Shown: piece by piece, positions 60,629 through 64,000 of the stretch
Layout of the letters: every line of letters starts with the position of its first letter
How positions within the stretch are numbered: the first letter of the stretch is position 1
Source: Clostridia bacterium
Lineage (GTDB): Bacteria; Bacillota; Clostridia; Oscillospirales; CAG-272
Length of the DNA stretch: 64,000 bases
Assembly (NCBI GenBank): GCA_017453255.1
Contig: JAFTKN010000020.1
Coordinates: 12,399 to 76,398 of the forward strand
Reading direction: 5' to 3'
Notes under the pieces: generated by a model
What the model was told of the DNA's origin: nothing
Database searches by the model: none
The model's input: the letters and a program-made list of their open reading frames with translations, nothing else
Made by a program: the position numbers and the translations under genes

Positions 60629-61279
60629 TTATGCTCCGTAAACCTCAAGATATTTTTTAATTCTATCTACGTTTTCCTTGTTTTCTTCGCTTTCGCTAAG
60701 GTATTCAATAATGTCATAAACGTCAACAACAGAGTAAACAGGGAAGCCAAATTCCTCCTCAATTTCCATCATTGCACCCTTTTGACCTTGTCCCTTTTCC
60801 TTTCTGTCAACCATTACGAAGGTAGCGCAAACCTTAACGCCCTCAACACCCTTCATAATTTCCATAGTTTCTCTTATAGCAGTACCAGCTGTAATAACGT
60901 CCTCAACGATTACAACCTCCTCGCCTGCCTTTGGCTTATAGCCTACAAAAACGCCACCCTCACCATGGTCCTTAACCTCTTTTCTGTTAAAGAAGAATGG
61001 AAGGTTTAGTCCGTTTTCAGAAAGTGCGATTGAGGTAGCAACTGCGATTGAAATACCCTTATATGCAGGACCGTAAAGTGCAGCATTTTTCTTTCCGAGC
61101 TTGTCAAGATATGCCTTAGCATAGAACTGACCGAGCTTAGAAATATGCTCACCTGTCTTTATTTCACCTGCGTTAATGAAATAAGGGATTTTTCTACCAC
61201 TCTTAGCAGTAAAATCACCAAACTTCAAAACTCCTGCACTTTGTAAAAATTCAATAAATTCTCTCTTGTATTGTTCCAT
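60629..61279 (-). CDS. pyrE: Orotate phosphoribosyltransferase
   Basis: 216 aa. PRPP-binding motif VVIVEDVITAGTA. Confidence 0.9.
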   Translation of the reverse strand: MEQYKREFIEFLQSAGVLKFGDFTAKSGRKIPYFINAGEIKTGEHISKLGQFYAKAYLDKLGKKNAALYGPAYKGISIAVATSIALSENGLNLPFFFNRKEVKDHGEGGVFVGYKPKAGEEVVIVEDVITAGTAIRETMEIMKGVEGVKVCATFVMVDRKEKGQGQKGAMMEIEEEFGFPVYSVVDVYDIIEYLSESEENKENVDRIKKYLEVYGA

Positions 61280-61331
61280 TTTAAAAAATCTCCTTATTTT
61301 TTGTATGCCTGTCCGCCACCTTTAACAGGGA

Positions 61332-61418
61332 GAGAGGTGGCAGAGAAGGGGTGAGTGCGTACACGTCGGCGTACTTTGTACGGTAGAGTAGCAGTCGCAC
61401 CTAAAAGGGCAAAATAAA
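61332..61418. repeat. Dispersed repeat in the pyrF-pyrE spacer; partner at about 58885-58965
   Basis: The shared core CGTACACGTCGGCGTACTTTGTACG lies at 61358-61382 and 58908-58932, with flanking similarity (..GGTGG.AGA..GGG.. / ..AGAGTAG..). The 12-mer TGCCTGTCCGCC also occurs at both ends of the spacer (61306-61317 and 61512-61523). Confidence 0.75.
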
Positions 61419-61526
61419 TTAAAATTTGTTCACAAATTTTTCCCTTAAAGATAGTTATGGCAAGGACTAAATTGTGTTTTTTGTATAAAACCTTGCCCTT
61501 TGTTCTGTGCGTGCCTGTCCGCCCTG

Positions 61527-62225
61527 TTAACCAACAAATTCGTTAACGCAACGTCTATAAGCTGCTACAGGGTCTTCGGCTGCTGTGATAGGTCTTCCTA
61601 CAACTATGTAGTCGCTTCCTATCTTCTTTGCCTCAGCAGGTGTCATAACTCTAACCTGATCGCCCTTATCGCCGTCAGCAAATCTAACACCAGGGGTAAC
61701 TGTAATAAAGTCACTTCCACAGGTGTTATGAACCTTTTCAGCCTCAAGTGGAGAGCATACAATACCTGCAAGTCCTGCCTTTTTAGCATTCATTGCATAG
61801 TGCATTACAACCTTATCCATAGGCTCGTTGATTAAAAGGTCATCTCTCATTCTTTCCTCACTTGTTGAGGTAAGCTGTGTAACTGCAATTAAAAGTGGTC
61901 TTGTGCCGTCCTCACGGGTAAGTCCCTCTAAAGCAGCCTCCATCATAGCGATAGTACCTGATGCGTGCACATTTGTCATATCAACATCAAGTCTTGATAA
62001 AACAGCCATAGCCTTTTTAACTGTATTTGGAATATCATGAAGCTTTAAATCAAGGAATATTTTGTGACCTCTACGCTTAATTTCACGTACGATGTCTGGT
62101 CCTTCAGCATTAAAAAGCTCCATACCAATCTTTACAAATGGCTTTTCGTCTTGAAATTTATCAAGAAAATTAAAAACCTGCTCCTTGCTTGCAAAATCAC
62201 AAGCGATAATTACGTCCTTTCCCAT
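61527..62225 (-). CDS. pyrF: Orotidine 5'-phosphate decarboxylase
   Basis: 232 aa with ..FVKIGMELF.. and ..[11 protein letters not shown]... Confidence 0.9.
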   Translation of the reverse strand: MGKDVIIACDFASKEQVFNFLDKFQDEKPFVKIGMELFNAEGPDIVREIKRRGHKIFLDLKLHDIPNTVKKAMAVLSRLDVDMTNVHASGTIAMMEAALEGLTREDGTRPLLIAVTQLTSTSEERMRDDLLINEPMDKVVMHYAMNAKKAGLAGIVCSPLEAEKVHNTCGSDFITVTPGVRFADGDKGDQVRVMTPAEAKKIGSDYIVVGRPITAAEDPVAAYRRCVNEFVG

Positions 62226-63136
62226 TAGTGGGCACCTCCTATTATGTCTTTTAAATTTGTAATTCCGTATTTTTCCATAACCCTTGGTAAATCCTCAATA
62301 ATTTTTGGACAAGCCATAGGGTCAACTAAGTTAGCAGCACCAATTTGAACACAGGAAGCACCTGCAAGCATCATCTCAATAACGTCCTCAGCACAGGAAA
62401 TACCACCACCACCAACGATTGGAATATTTACAGCCTCGTAAACCTGATAAACCATTCTGATAGCAACAGGCTTGATTGCAGGGCCAGAGAAGCCTCCCAT
62501 TTTGTTGTGAATAACAGGCTTTTTCCTCTTTAGGTCTATTTTCATGCCTAAAAGTGTGTTGATTAAGCTGATTCCGTCAGCACCAGCCTCCTCGCAAGCC
62601 TTAGCAATAGCTACAATATCTGTAACGTTTGGAGAAAGCTTAACGATAACAGGCTTTTTGGTAACAGCCTTAACGGCTCTTGTTACCTCGGCTGCAGCCT
62701 CTGGTGAAGTACCAAAGCTCATACCACCACCATGAACATTAGGACAGCTAACATTTACCTCAAACCAACCAATTTGGTCGATTTTGTCAAGCTCCTTAAC
62801 AGTATAAACGTAGTCCTCAACTGAAAAACCACTAACATTAGCCATAACAGGCTTATGAAAGCACTTTTGAAGCTTAGGAATTTCATTTTTAATTACATTT
62901 TCAACACCTGGGTTTTGCAAACCAACAGAGTTGATTAAGCCCATTTCGCACTCTGCAATTCTTGGAGTAGGATTGCCAAAGCGTGGGTCCTTAGTAGTTC
63001 CCTTAAAGGAAAAGCTACCTAAAACATTAATATCATAAATCTCGGCAAATTCATAGCCAAAGCCGAAAGTGCCACTTGCAGGAATTAGAGGATTATCAAG
63101 CTCAATTCCACAAAGCTCTGTCTTTAAGCTTACCAT
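62225..63136 (-). CDS. pyrD: Dihydroorotate dehydrogenase B (NAD+), catalytic subunit
   Basis: 303 aa with ..GLQNPGV.., ..NVSCPNV.. and ..GGGI... Its stop overlaps the pyrF start. Confidence 0.9.
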   Translation of the reverse strand: MVSLKTELCGIELDNPLIPASGTFGFGYEFAEIYDINVLGSFSFKGTTKDPRFGNPTPRIAECEMGLINSVGLQNPGVENVIKNEIPKLQKCFHKPVMANVSGFSVEDYVYTVKELDKIDQIGWFEVNVSCPNVHGGGMSFGTSPEAAAEVTRAVKAVTKKPVIVKLSPNVTDIVAIAKACEEAGADGISLINTLLGMKIDLKRKKPVIHNKMGGFSGPAIKPVAIRMVYQVYEAVNIPIVGGGGISCAEDVIEMMLAGASCVQIGAANLVDPMACPKIIEDLPRVMEKYGITNLKDIIGGAH

Positions 63137-63858
63137 ATAATTTCCTCCTTTACAAGCACAGGTCCGTCCTTACAAATACGCTTGTTACCATATTTTGTCT
63201 TGCATGAACAGCCCATACAAGCGCCAAAGCCACAGCCCATTCTTTCCTCAAAGCTAAACTGTCCACTTGTCTTGCTTGCATTATATACAGCCTTTAGCAT
63301 AGGCTCTGGTCCACAGGTGTAGAAATAAGTATAGTCAACAAGGTCAAAGCCGTCTGTAACAAAGCCCTTTATACCATAGCTTCCGTCTGCAGTTGCCACG
63401 ATAACCTTAGCACCTAAAGCCTTAAACTCATCTTCATAGAAAACCTCGTCCTTAGAATTAAAGCCTAAAATAACGCTTGGTGTCTTTCCCTCTAAGACTA
63501 AATCACGGCAGAGCTTATACATAGGTGGAACTCCTGCACCGCCACCTACAAGAAGTGGCTTGTCCCCACTCTTGCTTGTATCATAGCCATTTCCAAGACC
63601 TGTTAGAGTTAGTAGCTTAACACCCTTATCCATTTTAGCCATAGCCTCAGTGCCCTTACCAACAACCTTGTAAATTATAGTTAGCTCATCACCCTCTACA
63701 TTGCATACAGAGATAGGACGGCGAAGATAAAAGCCGTCAAGCTTAATATTTACAAATTGTCCGCACTTGATATCTGTGCAATCGCCCAAAAGCACCATTT
63801 CATAGGTGTTTTTGGCGATTAATTTGTTAGATTTTATTTCGAAAATTAAGTCCTTCAT
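63130..63858 (-). CDS. pyrK: Dihydroorotate dehydrogenase B electron-transfer subunit
   Basis: 242 aa. FAD/NAD-binding fold plus the C-terminal 2Fe-2S motif CGFGACMGCSC. Confidence 0.9.
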   Translation of the reverse strand: MKDLIFEIKSNKLIAKNTYEMVLLGDCTDIKCGQFVNIKLDGFYLRRPISVCNVEGDELTIIYKVVGKGTEAMAKMDKGVKLLTLTGLGNGYDTSKSGDKPLLVGGGAGVPPMYKLCRDLVLEGKTPSVILGFNSKDEVFYEDEFKALGAKVIVATADGSYGIKGFVTDGFDLVDYTYFYTCGPEPMLKAVYNASKTSGQFSFEERMGCGFGACMGCSCKTKYGNKRICKDGPVLVKEEIIW

Positions 63859-63867
63859 TATAAATCC

Positions 63868-64000
63868 TTATGCATCAATTGTTGAAATAGTAAGTGTAAT
63901 TTCCTCTAAAACGTCAAGCAAGATTCTAACTGTGTCAAGTGAGGTGAATAGAGAAATGTTATTCTCAATAGCAAGATGTCTGATTTGATATCCGTCCTTT
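63868..64000 (-). CDS. carB: Carbamoyl-phosphate synthase large subunit, C-terminal end (partial; runs off the window)
   Basis: The minus-strand translation ..KDGYQIRHLAIENNISLFTSLDTVRILLDVLEEITLTISTIDA* resembles the CarB MGS-like tail. It lies immediately upstream of pyrK. Only 44 codons are visible. Confidence 0.6.
   Translation of the reverse strand, partial: KDGYQIRHLAIENNISLFTSLDTVRILLDVLEEITLTISTIDA

Overview
This 64-kb window comes from a low-GC, Clostridia-like Firmicutes chromosome. That assignment is inferred from gene content: PyrK/PyrD-B type DHODH, xylAB, many glycosidases, and GGAGG-type ribosome-binding sites (RBS). No rRNA, tRNA or CRISPR array was seen.

Layout:
(1) 1-3.4 kb: packaging module of a prophage or phage remnant on the minus strand (portal, small ORF, large terminase). 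It stops abruptly at a chromosome junction.
(2) 3.8-28.6 kb: housekeeping and sugar genes. These are an ACT-UPF0210-metY-metA operon, uxaB-uxaA-uxaC, xylA-xylB, and GH31, GH3 and GH92 glycosidases. Three paralogous secreted leucine-rich-repeat (LRR) proteins are interspersed.
(3) 28.8-45.7 kb: an accessory island in two parts.
  (a) A tightly coupled 8-gene plus-strand operon (28844-38884). It encodes a 4-TM protein, a zinc-ribbon/helical-repeat protein, three paralogous coiled-coil proteins with a C-terminal TM hairpin, a 56-aa acidic peptide missing from the ORF track, a 158-aa protein and a classic-clade AAA+ ATPase. I cannot assign it to any described system, and it is my best candidate for the novel system.
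  (b) A more AT-rich Rhs/YD-repeat toxin cassette (38.9-45.6 kb). It has a glycine-zipper membrane-type C-terminal tip, three paralogous 2-TM immunity-like genes and a vestigial Rhs fragment. A duplicated terminator sequence brackets the whole cassette.
(4) 45.7-64 kb: GH43, two lipoproteins, HAD, GDPD, three zinc-ribbon/DUF4190-like membrane paralogs, a CNNM/TlyC transporter, an ECF-type sigma factor with a beta-propeller membrane partner, and a pyrimidine operon (carB' pyrK pyrD pyrF pyrE pyrB pyrI).

Intergenic DNA is crowded with several families of hairpin repeats (REP/BIME/MITE-like). A 58-bp terminator-plus-promoter cassette is shared by the terminase and Rhs upstream regions.

All calls rest on reading the translations and the DNA by eye; no database search was possible.
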